Positions 6,891-16,570 of a stretch of 35,445 nt of DNA are shown in pieces. The notes under the pieces are model-generated. The model saw only the letters and a program-made list of their open reading frames with translations, did not search any database and was not told where the DNA came from. The DNA comes from Leptolyngbyaceae cyanobacterium (GTDB lineage: Bacteria > Cyanobacteriota > Cyanobacteriia > Cyanobacteriales > Aerosakkonemataceae), in the NCBI GenBank assembly GCA_036703985.1, contig DATNQN010000123.1, positions 126,816 to 162,260 of the forward strand, read 5' to 3'. Both the position numbers and the translations under genes were made by a program. The first letter of the stretch is position 1. Each line of letters opens with the position of its first letter.

Positions 6891-8319
6891 AAACTGTGAT
6901 ATCATTCCCAACACCCCTCATCGCCAACAGCGCCGTACCATAAGCAGCAGCAGTATTCACTGGCGGTAAAATAGGTACTTTTAAATAACGAGCGCGAATT
7001 GCCATCCAAGTAGGATTCTTTGCACCACCGCCAGCAGTATAAACGCGAGTTAACGGCGTTGCACCAAATTGTTGCAATAACTGATAACCCCGTGCTTCAA
7101 TCCGAGCAATACTTTCCAACAAACCATGCAAAAATTCCGCTGGATTTTCCGGTCGAGGTGATAACTTTGGCTGCAAATTCGGGTCATTAATAGGAAAGCG
7201 ATCTCCTGGTTTCAACAAAGGATAATAATCAAGCAAAATCTCGTTTTCTCCATCAATTTCTTTACTTAAATTTTCCAATTCACTATCAGTAAAAAACTGC
7301 CGCAACACCGCACCACCAGTATTAGACGCACCTCCAACTAACCATAAATCAGACCTCGCCCCCAACCCCTCTCCTGCAAGGAGAGGGGAGTAATTCTCCC
7401 CCCTTCCCTGGTAGGGAAGGGGGGCTGGGGGGGTTAGGTTTATTGGTAACCTATGACTGTAAATTCCATATTTTGCATCATCTACGCGAGTGCGACTCAA
7501 CAATTTAATCACCAAAGTAGAACCCAAAGATGTACTAGCTTCACCGGGAGAAGTTGCACCGCTAGCAAGAAATGCGGCAATACTATCAGTAGTCCCCGCA
7601 CAAACTACGCAATCTTTTCTTAAACCTAAACTATGAGCAATTTCCAATGTTACTTCACCTATCGGAGTTCCCGGTGCAACAACTTCCGGCAATTGTATCG
7701 ATATATCTTCTAAGTTCGTAGTGAGGACTTCAGTCCTCAAAAAAGGACTAAAGTCCTTACTACAAACTAGCCATTCCGGATAACAGAGATTTTCCACATC
7801 GTAACCGAGTTTCAAAGCATTGTGATAATCACTAATTCCTAATTTTCCATGTAATAAAAAAGCCAACCAATCTGCCTGATGCAAAAAATAAAACCTTCTC
7901 TTATCCCCCCCTTGGTAAGGGGGGTTAGGGGGAATCTTTTCTAACCACCAGAAGAGTTTGGCGAGGGAAGAAGTAGCGCTGATTACGGTATGGTTTGGCG
8001 GTGCAATTTCCCTCACTTTATCCAATACTTCTGCACCCCGCGCATCGTTATACAAAAGCGGTTCATCAATTGGATTACCAGCAGCATCACAAAGTAGCAC
8101 GGTAGAGGAAGTCCCGTTCATACAAATCGCTTTAATTTGCTCCCGTAGTTGTTGAGGAATTTGGTGAATGAGAGAAAACAAAGCTTGCTGCCAAAGGTTT
8201 GCTAAATTTACTGAATTTTCAAATGGATATTGCGTTTCAGTTTCGATAATTCCTGTTTCATTGATTAATATTGCCCGTGCGCCAGATGTACCAAAATCGA
8301 TGCCAAGGTAGAGGTTCAT
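6877..8319 (-). CDS. FGGY-family carbohydrate kinase (xylulokinase/glycerol-kinase-like)
   Basis: N-terminus MNLYLGIDFGTSGARAILI is the FGGY N-terminal ATPase signature. The protein is 480 aa. The frame is intact despite four repeat insertions (see the repeat features). Confidence 0.8.
   Translation of the reverse strand: MNLYLGIDFGTSGARAILINETGIIETETQYPFENSVNLANLWQQALFSLIHQIPQQLREQIKAICMNGTSSTVLLCDAAGNPIDEPLLYNDARGAEVLDKVREIAPPNHTVISATSSLAKLFWWLEKIPPNPPYQGGDKRRFYFLHQADWLAFLLHGKLGISDYHNALKLGYDVENLCYPEWLVCSKDFSPFLRTEVLTTNLEDISIQLPEVVAPGTPIGEVTLEIAHSLGLRKDCVVCAGTTDSIAAFLASGATSPGEASTSLGSTLVIKLLSRTRVDDAKYGIYSHRLPINLTPPAPLPYQGRGENYSPLLAGEGLGARSDLWLVGGASNTGGAVLRQFFTDSELENLSKEIDGENEILLDYYPLLKPGDRFPINDPNLQPKLSPRPENPAEFLHGLLESIARIEARGYQLLQQFGATPLTRVYTAGGGAKNPTWMAIRARYLKVPILPPVNTAAAYGTALLAMRGVGNDITVCSED
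7362..7436. repeat. two GC-rich mini-palindromes (CCCCTCTCCTGCAAGGAGAGGGG at 7366-7388; CCCCCCTTCCCtggtaGGGAAGGGGGG at 7398-7424) inserted in-frame in the FGGY kinase CDS
   Basis: Perfect palindromes read from the sequence. They translate to ..LPYQGRGENYSPLLAGEGLGA.. inside the kinase. The same C-run/TT..AA/G-run architecture is found inside the MITE-like elements. Confidence 0.7.
7714..7767. repeat. compound palindromic SDR (GTAGTGAGGACTTCAGTCCTC-AAAAAA-GGACTAAAGTCCTTACTAC) inserted in-frame in the FGGY kinase CDS
   Basis: Same family as 6865-6890. It translates to ..LVCSKDFSPFLRTEVLTT.. on the minus strand. Confidence 0.8.
7903..7936. repeat. GC-rich mini-palindrome CCCCCCCTTGGTAAGGGGGG + TTAGGGGG inserted in-frame in the FGGY kinase CDS
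   Basis: Palindrome read from the sequence. It translates to ..IPPNPPYQGGDKR.. in the kinase. Confidence 0.7.
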
Positions 8320-8608
8320 AAGGTAATTATATTTAATTTATCTAGGCAAATGTTAGGTTTCGATAGTATAAATTATAGATGACTATTTCATCATAATTAA
8401 ATGCTCCGATCGAGCGATTAAATCAAGAGTTATACTAAATCAGGGTTAAATACCCCCGTTCTAATGAACCGCAGGGGAGCAGAGGCGAGAGAAGAGGAAA
8501 AATATAAAGGGGGTAAATAACCAGGATTTGGTATAAAACCTAAAAAATATAGCCCCACTCAATGAGGCTATATCAACGCTAATTCAAAAAACCACTGAAA
8601 AATTAAAT

Positions 8609-9058
8609 TTAATCTTCCACTATAACTAAATCATCGATAATTTCTTGCGCTATTTCCTCTGGAATAGCCAAAGCTTTTTGAAGCGCAAATAAAAAATTCT
8701 CTGATTCTTCCGATAAACTATCATCTACTAAAACTACTTCAACTGCTGATTCAAAAGCTGTTTCTACCAATTCATCGGAAATTGATGCTACTGCCGTATT
8801 AAACAAAACACCGATACCTTCTTCATCGTAAATAGAAGTAATATCATCTAACACTTCTTGCATTTCTACCGTTGAATAGTTATCGAAAATCTCCAAACTC
8901 GATAGCATATCACTTAAATATTCCAAATCTTCATCATTCACGTCATTATTAGCAAACATTGCTACAAATACTATGGCAACTACTGCTTCTTCCGGGCTAA
9001 GCGTTTGTTCGCTTTGGCCCTCTGCTGAAAACACTTCTTCATACTTACCCTTACCCAT
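8609..9058 (-). CDS. highly acidic 149-aa protein, probable TerB-like (tellurite-resistance TerB family) domain protein
   Basis: Two helical halves carry the A-V-x-x-I-x-x-A-x-x-D-x-x-x-x-x-E-E pattern (AVVAIVFVAMFANNDVNDEDLEYL; AFESAVEVVLVDDSLSEESENFLFAL). This resembles the TerB fold. The family call is from memory and not verified. Confidence 0.5.
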   Translation of the reverse strand: MGKGKYEEVFSAEGQSEQTLSPEEAVVAIVFVAMFANNDVNDEDLEYLSDMLSSLEIFDNYSTVEMQEVLDDITSIYDEEGIGVLFNTAVASISDELVETAFESAVEVVLVDDSLSEESENFLFALQKALAIPEEIAQEIIDDLVIVED

Positions 9059-9326
9059 TCCGCGTCACTCCTTTGGTTATGAACTCGTTATTTATATCAG
9101 CAATTATCAAAGGTTCTGTATGGAAATTAACAATTTTTTATTCTAATTAACAAAAGAAAGTATTTTATTATAATAAATATTAATCGACAAATCCTCGAAA
9201 ATAAATGCAAATCTAAGTTATAGCAGCTTGTCTTAAACAAGTAAAGTGGCGGCAGTCACAACACGGCTACTCTATTTGGTAATATTTCATATCCTGTGGC
9301 AGGAAATAGACATCTTGTTTCCAATA

Positions 9327-9358
9327 ATGAAGAGACGTTCCCTGCAACGTCTCTTCAT
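9327..9358. terminator. 13-bp perfect stem-loop ATGAAGAGACGTT-ccctgc-AACGTCTCTTCAT 3' of the M50 protease gene
   Basis: Perfect inverted repeat read from the sequence. It lies 28 nt downstream of the minus-strand stop at 9386. Confidence 0.55.
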
Positions 9359-9385
9359 GAGTTTTAGGTAACTTATGGATTGTTC

Positions 9386-10852
9386 TTATTCATCAATTAA
9401 CTTCTTAAAAGCTGGATGATTTTTGATTAAATCAAAACTAGTGTCGTTTTTGGCATGATTTTTAAATCTTTCACGATCTATTTTGGCTGCTTGCTGTAAA
9501 GTTTCAATTGCCATTTCTACATTACCTTGTTCTGCATAACAACCACCTTTGTTATACCAGGCCAAAAAGTTTTTAGGATTGATTTTAATCGCTTTTTCAC
9601 AAGATGCTATGGCTTCTTCGTAGCGTTTTAAATAACCTAAAGCCACGCCTCTATCTGTCCAAATAGTTGCATCATAAGCATAAATTTCAATTGCTTTATC
9701 ATAAGCTGCTATCGCTTCTTTATGCAGTTCTAAATGCGCTAGCAATTTCCCTTTTTCATACCACAACACATAAAATTCTGGTTGGAATTCTAATGCTTTA
9801 TTAAATGATTCGATCGCATCTTCATGTCGCTGCAAAGCCTTAAGAGCAAAGGCTCGTTCGTACCAAACTTCCCAAAAGTCCGGTTTAATTTCGACTGCTT
9901 TATCATAAGCGGTTAGCGCTTCCTCATCTTTTTGCAGTTGCAGCAATGCCGATCCTCGCTTATACCAAGCTTGCTCAAAATCAGACTTAAATCGAATAGA
10001 TTGGTCAAAATCAACAATGGCTTCTTCATATTTTCTGGCTTTCAATTTTCCATTACCTTTTTCGTACCAAGCTTCATGGGGTTTTTGGGTTATTTTACGT
10101 ACTACGAAAGCAATAATAATTGCAGCAACCAATAAAAAGGCAGCCCATTTATTAAATAGTTGAGCCCCTAAACTTATCATTAACGATGAAATGCCAAGTA
10201 GATGGGTAATGTAGAACGCACCCCTTGCTAATGCACTACCCAATGGTTCGACAAACCACAGCAAACCAAACAGAAGAATAATTCCGAATTTGGAAAATTT
10301 TCTGGCTTGATTTTGCATTTCTGGAGGTAGCCAAGGTTCGATGATACCAAAACCGTCTAGGGATGGAATTGGCAACAAATTTATTATCACAACAAAAGCT
10401 TCTAAATAAATCAAAAATGCCAAAGCAGGCCAAATCCAGGTATAATCATTTATTGATAACGCTTCTCCATTTCCCCCCAAAGATATGGTATTGATTGCAT
10501 CTAAAGATGATGGAAATCCTAATTTAAAAATGATGGCTAATATTAACATTACTAGAATGCTAAATAATGGGCCGGCAGCGGAAACGGCGCTTTTCCAAAA
10601 TCGATTGCGTAAGCGGTGATGATTGATATATACTGCTGCACCTGGGAGGGGAATTCCCCCAAGTAATAAGAAAATTAATGGTAATACTAGACTTAAATTA
10701 AAATCGGTATATTTAAGCGGATTTAAAGTTAAATAACCTTTCTCTTTTACTGATGTGTCTCCACCCCAATAGGCAACGATTGCATGACCGAATTCGTGGA
10801 GACAAACCGACGCCAACCACCCAACACAAACGAAAATGGCAACTTGCAACAT
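9386..10852 (-). CDS. membrane zinc metalloprotease (M50 / site-2 protease-like, HEFGH motif) fused to C-terminal TPR repeats
   Basis: The motif LHEFGHAIVAYWGG is an HExxH in a first transmembrane helix. Several predicted transmembrane segments follow. The C-terminal ~230 aa contain 5-6 TPR-like 34-mers (WYxxGxxLxxLxxxEEAxxxYDKAxEI). Confidence 0.7.
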   Translation of the reverse strand: MLQVAIFVCVGWLASVCLHEFGHAIVAYWGGDTSVKEKGYLTLNPLKYTDFNLSLVLPLIFLLLGGIPLPGAAVYINHHRLRNRFWKSAVSAAGPLFSILVMLILAIIFKLGFPSSLDAINTISLGGNGEALSINDYTWIWPALAFLIYLEAFVVIINLLPIPSLDGFGIIEPWLPPEMQNQARKFSKFGIILLFGLLWFVEPLGSALARGAFYITHLLGISSLMISLGAQLFNKWAAFLLVAAIIIAFVVRKITQKPHEAWYEKGNGKLKARKYEEAIVDFDQSIRFKSDFEQAWYKRGSALLQLQKDEEALTAYDKAVEIKPDFWEVWYERAFALKALQRHEDAIESFNKALEFQPEFYVLWYEKGKLLAHLELHKEAIAAYDKAIEIYAYDATIWTDRGVALGYLKRYEEAIASCEKAIKINPKNFLAWYNKGGCYAEQGNVEMAIETLQQAAKIDRERFKNHAKNDTSFDLIKNHPAFKKLIDE

Positions 10853-10885
10853 GATTTATCAACCTTTGCGGATTATGGGAGAATT

Positions 10886-10927
10886 CAGAAGTCAGAATTC
10901 AGGAGTCAGGAGTCAGGAGTCAGAATT
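10886..10927. repeat. tandem heptamer array (AGAAGTC AGAATTC AGGAGTC x3 AGAATTT)
   Basis: A 7-bp periodicity over 6 units read from the sequence. It lies immediately upstream (5') of the M50 protease start codon and abuts the MITE-like element. Confidence 0.8.
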
Positions 10928-10930
10928 TAT

Positions 10931-11068
10931 TAACGTAAATTGCTAGTTATAATCGATCCCCCCCTAACCCCCCTTAAAAAGGGGGGAACCGGATCTCTTA
11001 GTCTCCCTTTTAAAAAAAATGCAAGGGGGATCTAAAACGCCTAAACTCATAACTAGCAACTTGGGTTA
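10931..11068. mobile_element. second, diverged copy of the MITE-like element (TIR TAACGTAAATTGCTAGTTA / TAACTAGCAACTTGGGTTA), TA-flanked
   Basis: It shares TIR cores and internal blocks with 2381-2528 (GATCCCCCC, CCCCTTAA..GGGG, GGGGGATCTAAA.CG.CTAAA.TCATAACT). The TIRs carry three mismatches. Confidence 0.55.
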
Positions 11069-11115
11069 GTCGTTAACATAATTCTGACTCGGAATCAAAA
11101 CGGCTACCAGTAAAT

Positions 11116-12051
11116 TTAAATTAAACAACGTTCGATGGTGGCGATTACTGATTGGGAAAGCGCTGTCAAATCGTAACCTCCTTCTAAACCAAACAGAATT
11201 TTTCGAGTCAATTTCAAACAATAATCGGTGAATGACCCGAAATCTTGGGGTAGTAATTCAATACTAGCTAAGGGATCGGCGGCGTTGGCATCGTAACCAG
11301 CACTTACTATTAATAAATCCGGTCGAAAAATCGATAAAAATGGCACGACTTGGGATTCAAATGCCTGTCGGTAATCAGCTACATTGCTACCGGGCATCAT
11401 GGGAATATTCAGCACGTTTTTATATTCTCCCCGTTCGTCTGCATATCCCGTACCTGGATAACAAGGTGATTGGTGCAAAGAACAATATGCAATTTTAGGA
11501 TGAGTTTCAATAATATCTTGAGTGCCGTTGCCGTGATGCACGTCCCAATCTAAGATTGCTATGCGGTTGATGCCCGGTTGTTCCAAAGCGTAATATGCTG
11601 CTGCTGCTGCATTGGAAAATAAGCAAAATCCCATACCCCGATCGCGTTCGGCGTGATGTCCCGGCGGACGCGCTAACACGAAAGCAGGTTCTCCCGTAGT
11701 TAAAACGCGATCGATCCCATCTAACCAAGCACTTACCGCCAACAGCGCAATATCATAACTGTCAGGGGAAACGGGAGTATCGGCATCCAGCCTTCCTCCC
11801 CCATTTTGCGCGATCGCTTTCACTCTCTCAATATGGGTCTGAGAATGCACCTTTTCCAGCAAAGGGATTAATGTTCTTTTTTGTACTGGTGTCGGTTCTT
11901 GCCAATCAAGTTTATCGGCATAATGTACGTTTTTTAAAGCATTCACAATAGCACTTAAGCGTTGAGGACGTTCTGGATGATACGCGCCAGTGTCGTGCAA
12001 CAAAAATCGATCGGAGTAAATTACAGGCAGCATATTGGTTAGCAATTCCAC
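11116..12051 (-). CDS. histone deacetylase-family (arginase/deacetylase fold; AcuC/acetylpolyamine amidohydrolase-like) protein
   Basis: Motifs include RPPGHHA, AILDWDVHHGNGTQ and the GGYD-type C-terminal region. The protein is 311 aa. Confidence 0.85.
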   Translation of the reverse strand: MELLTNMLPVIYSDRFLLHDTGAYHPERPQRLSAIVNALKNVHYADKLDWQEPTPVQKRTLIPLLEKVHSQTHIERVKAIAQNGGGRLDADTPVSPDSYDIALLAVSAWLDGIDRVLTTGEPAFVLARPPGHHAERDRGMGFCLFSNAAAAAYYALEQPGINRIAILDWDVHHGNGTQDIIETHPKIAYCSLHQSPCYPGTGYADERGEYKNVLNIPMMPGSNVADYRQAFESQVVPFLSIFRPDLLIVSAGYDANAADPLASIELLPQDFGSFTDYCLKLTRKILFGLEGGYDLTALSQSVIATIERCLI

Positions 12052-12245
12052 AATAATCTAAGCATCCGGGAATTTTTTTCCCTTCGCAACCGGTGAAATA
12101 ATCTGAAAATTGGCAACTAGAGAACAGAACGCTATTAACATATAAAAAATAAATATTCTGTATTTTTTGTTGCAGTAGCGATGAGTGGCTGTTCGCCGAT
12201 CGCTAGTCTTTCATCACCGATCGCATTTGTAACGAGGAGAAAACC

Positions 12246-13571
12246 GTGCATCCAAACCAGCAAACTACGACCGATAAAAAGCAATTTTGGACATTTTTGC
12301 AGCTTTTTGGCTTAGTGAAACGCCATCCTTTAATGATTTCCCGTTGGGTTTTACGTTGGGCAATTCTCGGTACTGTTTGCGGTTTATTTGCGGCTTTGTA
12401 CTGGAACATTCTAGAAATGATGATTCATGCCCTCAGTAATATTCAAGGGCTGAGTTTACTAATTGTCATGCCTTCTCTTGGATTGTTTGTCGGTTTGGTG
12501 ATTCATTATCTAGGAAATCCCGGTGAAATTGGCGTTATTCTCGATAATATTCATTTGCGAGGCGGACGCTTAAATCCTCGTCAAAATCTGCCCATGATTT
12601 TGGCTTCATTAGCTAGTATATCCGCTGGCGGTAGTGCTGGGCCAGAAGCACCTTTAGTACAAGTAACTGGTTCCTTCGGTACGCGCTTTGCAGATTATTT
12701 GAAACTGCAAGGGGAAGACCTCAGAACGATGAGTTTGGCGGGGATGGCAGCGGGTTTTACTGCTTTGTTCGGTGCGCCCCTTGGCGGTGCGATGTTTGCT
12801 TTAGAAATTCTACATCACCAACATATTATCGAGTACTACGAAGCACTCATGCCAGCGATCGTTTCCAGTTGCGCTGCTTATCTAGTTTTTGCAGCAATCA
12901 CTCGTTTGGGAATCGCACCAACTTGGCATTTTCCTCAAAATGGTTTAGATAATATTGATGATTTTGCCTTAGCGATTTTTTATGGAATAATTGGTGCAGG
13001 GGCAGGATGGGTTTTTATGACGATTTTTCGCGGATGCGATCGCGCTTTTGCCAAACTTCCCGGCCCGATTTATTTTCGCACTACAATTGCTGGGTTAGGA
13101 TTGGCTATTTTAGCAATTTTATTTCCCCTCACTCGTTATTTCGGACATGAAGAATTAGAAATCGTCATCGAGCATAATTCTACTGCCATTTTCTTATTTT
13201 CTTTAGCTTTGGCAAAAATGGCATCGATTAGCGTTACCGTGACGGGCGGATGGCGCGGTGGATTTATCATTCCCCTATTTTTTACTGGGGCTTGTCTTGG
13301 CAAAGCGATCGCCCTTTCCATTCCCGGCTTAAATCCAGCCTTAGCAATGATTTGTACGATGGCTGCCCTCAACTCAGCCGTTACTCGTACCCCAGTTAGT
13401 ACCACTTTATTACTGACAAAATTAACTAATTTCAGTCCGTTAACGCCGATCCTTTTTGCGAGTTTAATCGGATTCTTTCTCGCTCCCAAAGTACCCTTCA
13501 TTCACTCTCAATTGAAAGCCCAGAAATCCACGGGAGGCAACTCATTGCCTCCCAAATTATCACCAAATTAA
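12246..13571 (+). CDS. ClC-family voltage-gated chloride channel / H+-Cl- antiporter homologue (GTG start)
   Basis: ClC selectivity-filter-like motifs are present: GSAGPEAP (GxEGP-like), GAPLGGAMFALE (GxPxGGxxFxxE) and GGFIIP (GxFxP). The protein is polytopic and hydrophobic. An AGGAGA RBS lies 6 nt upstream of the GTG at 12246. Confidence 0.8.
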   Translation: MHPNQQTTTDKKQFWTFLQLFGLVKRHPLMISRWVLRWAILGTVCGLFAALYWNILEMMIHALSNIQGLSLLIVMPSLGLFVGLVIHYLGNPGEIGVILDNIHLRGGRLNPRQNLPMILASLASISAGGSAGPEAPLVQVTGSFGTRFADYLKLQGEDLRTMSLAGMAAGFTALFGAPLGGAMFALEILHHQHIIEYYEALMPAIVSSCAAYLVFAAITRLGIAPTWHFPQNGLDNIDDFALAIFYGIIGAGAGWVFMTIFRGCDRAFAKLPGPIYFRTTIAGLGLAILAILFPLTRYFGHEELEIVIEHNSTAIFLFSLALAKMASISVTVTGGWRGGFIIPLFFTGACLGKAIALSIPGLNPALAMICTMAALNSAVTRTPVSTTLLLTKLTNFSPLTPILFASLIGFFLAPKVPFIHSQLKAQKSTGGNSLPPKLSPN

Positions 13572-13865
13572 AACTTGGCTAACCAATCAGTTTAATACCT
13601 TAAATCTCGGAATTTATCACCCTTTCTACCAATTACCTAAATAACACTTACCCCTCCTTTCACCCCGCCTCTCTTGCTTTCTTACATCCCTACTTGTCGG
13701 CGGGGAAATTTTTCATTTCAAAATGCCTTCTTCCACGCCCTAAAAAAGACAAAATGTGATACAATTTTAATGATATTTGACAATTCTTTAAAGTCAGGGT
13801 CGCAAATTTTTTTCTTATTTACATTTTAGCGGCTCAAATCTCTCATTTTTGGAGTTTTTCACTGT

Positions 13866-16460
13866 ATGACCACTTCCCAGGAGCGGATTATACCGACGGA
13901 TTTAGGGAACGAGATGTCCCGATCGTACCTGGAATACGCCATGAGCGTGATTGTAGGTCGGGCACTCCCAGATGCCAGGGATGGTCTGAAACCCGTCCAC
14001 CGTCGCATTCTCTACGCGATGCACGAGTTAGGACTAATGCCAGACCGACCTTTTCGGAAATGCGCCCGCGTGGTAGGGGAAGTGTTGGGTAAGTATCACC
14101 CCCACGGGGATACGGCAGTATACGACGCCCTGGTGCGGATGGCCCAGGATTTCTCCATGCGATCGCCCTTGATCAACGGACACGGTAACTTCGGTTCCGT
14201 CGATAACGACCCCCCAGCGGCGATGCGTTACACCGAATGTCGCCTGCACGCATTGACGACAGAAGCAATGTTGCGGGATATCGAAGCAGAAACCGTTGAT
14301 TTTGGCGATAACTTTGACGGTTCCCAGCAAGAACCCCTCGTTTTACCCGCGAGAGTTCCCCAGCTATTGCTGAACGGTTCCTCCGGGATCGCCGTGGGAA
14401 TGGCAACCAACATCCCGCCTCACAATTTGGGAGAACTGATTGACGGTTTGGTAGCGCTGATCCAAGACCCGGAAATTACTGATATCCAATTGATCAAATA
14501 TATACCCGGCCCTGACTTCCCCACGGGCGGGCAAATCTTGGGAACCACCAGTATTAAAGAAGCTTACACCACCGGGCGCGGTTCGATTACCATGCGGGGC
14601 GTAGCAAGAATTGAAACCGTCGAACAGCGAGGTCGTCCCGATCGGGAAGCCATTATCGTCACCGAGTTACCATACCAAACCAATAAGGCAGCTTTAATCG
14701 AAAAAATTGCCGAACTAGTTAACGACAAACGGTTAGAAGGAATCGCCGATATTCGGGATGAAAGCGATCGCGATGGAATGCGAATCGTGATCGAACTAAA
14801 ACGCGATGCTTATCCGAGAGTTGTCCTGAATAACCTTTACAAACAAACGCCATTACAAGCAAACTTCGGGGCAAATATGCTAGCCCTGGTGAATGGCGAA
14901 CCGCAACTTTTAACTCTCAAACAATTCCTCAGCGTTTTCCTCGATTTCCGCATTGAATGCGTTACCCGTCGCACTCAATACGAACTAAGAAAAGCCGAAG
15001 AAAGAGACCATTTATTGCAAGGGTTATTGATTGCGCTGGCTAATTTAAGTGCCATCATCGAATTGATCCGCCACGCAGCTGATGCGCCAACTGCCCGTCA
15101 GGAAATGATCGAAAACTACGGGCTTTCCGAAGCACAAGCAGATGCGATCCTGCAAATGCAATTGCGGCGATTAACCGCATTAGAAGCTGAAAAGATCCGC
15201 CAAGAACATGAAGATTTACAAGTACAAATTACCGATCTGCGGGATATTTTAGCGCGGCGAGAGCGCGTTTTGGAAATCATCGAAACCGAAGTCAAGCAGC
15301 TAAAAACTACCTTTGCCACTCCCAGACGCACCACCATCGAACACGCGGAAGGAGAAATCGACGATACCGATTTAATTGCCAATGAAAAAGCGCTGATTCT
15401 GGTAACAGAACAAGGTTACATCAAACGGATGCCAGTGAATGCTTTTGAAGCACAAAGTCGGGGAACTCGCGGCAAAGCAGCTAACCGCATGAAAGAAGAT
15501 GACGGTGTAGAACACTTTTTGACTTGTTGCGATCACGACAGCGTTTTATTATTTAGCGATCGCGGTGTCGTTTATTGTTTGAAAGCTTATCAAATTCCGG
15601 CTTCATCTCGTAACGCCAGAGGCGTTCCCATCGTACAGATGTTGCCGATACCGCGAGAAGAAAAAATCACCTCGATCGTATCAGTAGCAGAATTCACCAG
15701 CGATGAATATCTGATCATGCTAACCGCAGGTGGTTATATTAAAAAAACCGAATTGGCAGCTTTTAGCAATATCCGCGCCAATGGATTAATTGCCATTTCT
15801 TTAGAAGAAGGCGATCAATTGCGGTGGGTACGTCGCGCCCGTGATGAAGATAGTATTATCATCGGGTCTCGTCTGGGCATGGCAATTCATTTTAGGGCCG
15901 ATCGCGAACAATTGCGTCCTTTAGGTCGCGCCACCAGAGGCGTCAGGTCAATGTCCTTGAAAGAAGGCGATAGCCTGATCAGTATGGACGTTCTCCCCGG
16001 ATCGGTGTTAAATACCGCCTTAAGCGCAGCAGCAGAGGAAGAAGAAGAAAGCACTTCTGCCAACATAGAAACTGTCGAAGCAACGGAAGAAGCCCCGATC
16101 GCCGCCCCAGTTGGCCCTTGGGTCTTGGTAATCACCACCGGAGGATACGGCAAACGAGTGCCAGTATCTCAATTCCGCTTGCAAAATCGTGCCGGAATGG
16201 GGATTCTCGCCACCAAATTCCGCAAAACAACCGATCGCCTAGCCGCATTGCACATCGTCAATCACGATGACGAGTTAATGATGGTAACGAGTCGAGGTAT
16301 CATCATCCGCCAAGTAGTCAATGCCATCTCGCCCCAGTCCCGCATGGCAACTGGTGTCCGGGTACAACGCTTGGACGAAGATGATGCTATAGCAGCTGTT
16401 GCATTAGTTCCCCCCACTAGTGAAACTAGTGAAAATGGAGAAGAAGAAGAGACTGAATAA
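13866..16460 (+). CDS. gyrA: DNA gyrase subunit A
   Basis: The N-terminus carries [32 protein letters not shown] with the catalytic Tyr region. Six C-terminal beta-pinwheel repeats follow. A cyanobacterial-type acidic insertion and an acidic C-terminal tail are present. Confidence 0.97.
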   Translation: MTTSQERIIPTDLGNEMSRSYLEYAMSVIVGRALPDARDGLKPVHRRILYAMHELGLMPDRPFRKCARVVGEVLGKYHPHGDTAVYDALVRMAQDFSMRSPLINGHGNFGSVDNDPPAAMRYTECRLHALTTEAMLRDIEAETVDFGDNFDGSQQEPLVLPARVPQLLLNGSSGIAVGMATNIPPHNLGELIDGLVALIQDPEITDIQLIKYIPGPDFPTGGQILGTTSIKEAYTTGRGSITMRGVARIETVEQRGRPDREAIIVTELPYQTNKAALIEKIAELVNDKRLEGIADIRDESDRDGMRIVIELKRDAYPRVVLNNLYKQTPLQANFGANMLALVNGEPQLLTLKQFLSVFLDFRIECVTRRTQYELRKAEERDHLLQGLLIALANLSAIIELIRHAADAPTARQEMIENYGLSEAQADAILQMQLRRLTALEAEKIRQEHEDLQVQITDLRDILARRERVLEIIETEVKQLKTTFATPRRTTIEHAEGEIDDTDLIANEKALILVTEQGYIKRMPVNAFEAQSRGTRGKAANRMKEDDGVEHFLTCCDHDSVLLFSDRGVVYCLKAYQIPASSRNARGVPIVQMLPIPREEKITSIVSVAEFTSDEYLIMLTAGGYIKKTELAAFSNIRANGLIAISLEEGDQLRWVRRARDEDSIIIGSRLGMAIHFRADREQLRPLGRATRGVRSMSLKEGDSLISMDVLPGSVLNTALSAAAEEEEESTSANIETVEATEEAPIAAPVGPWVLVITTGGYGKRVPVSQFRLQNRAGMGILATKFRKTTDRLAALHIVNHDDELMMVTSRGIIIRQVVNAISPQSRMATGVRVQRLDEDDAIAAVALVPPTSETSENGEEEETE

Positions 16461-16476
16461 CTAATAGCAAGGTGGG

Positions 16477-16557
16477 CAAAAGGACTAAAGTCCTTACTAC
16501 AAACCATAAAAATTAAATTGTTAGTTCGTTTGTAGTGAGGACTTCAGTCCTCAAACC
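16477..16557. repeat. compound SDR: two inverted copies of the GTAGTGAGGACT..AGTCCTCACTAC-family unit (16477-16504 and 16528-16557) separated by 23 bp, between gyrA stop and lnt start
   Basis: Read from the sequence. The second unit contains an in-frame ATG (16535) that the ORF track used as the lnt start. Confidence 0.8.
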
Positions 16558-16570
16558 GCAAAAAAGTTAC

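Noticed and set aside
12052-12245. Fluoride (crcB) riboswitch upstream of the ClC-family gene
   Set aside because: The leader has a GCGATGAG..TTCGCC stretch that superficially resembles the start of the fluoride-riboswitch consensus. The downstream AAAC.GCC and GCUGAUG..CCUAC elements are absent. The GCGATCGC copies here are HIP1 sites. The ClC also does not look like the short ClC-F clade.
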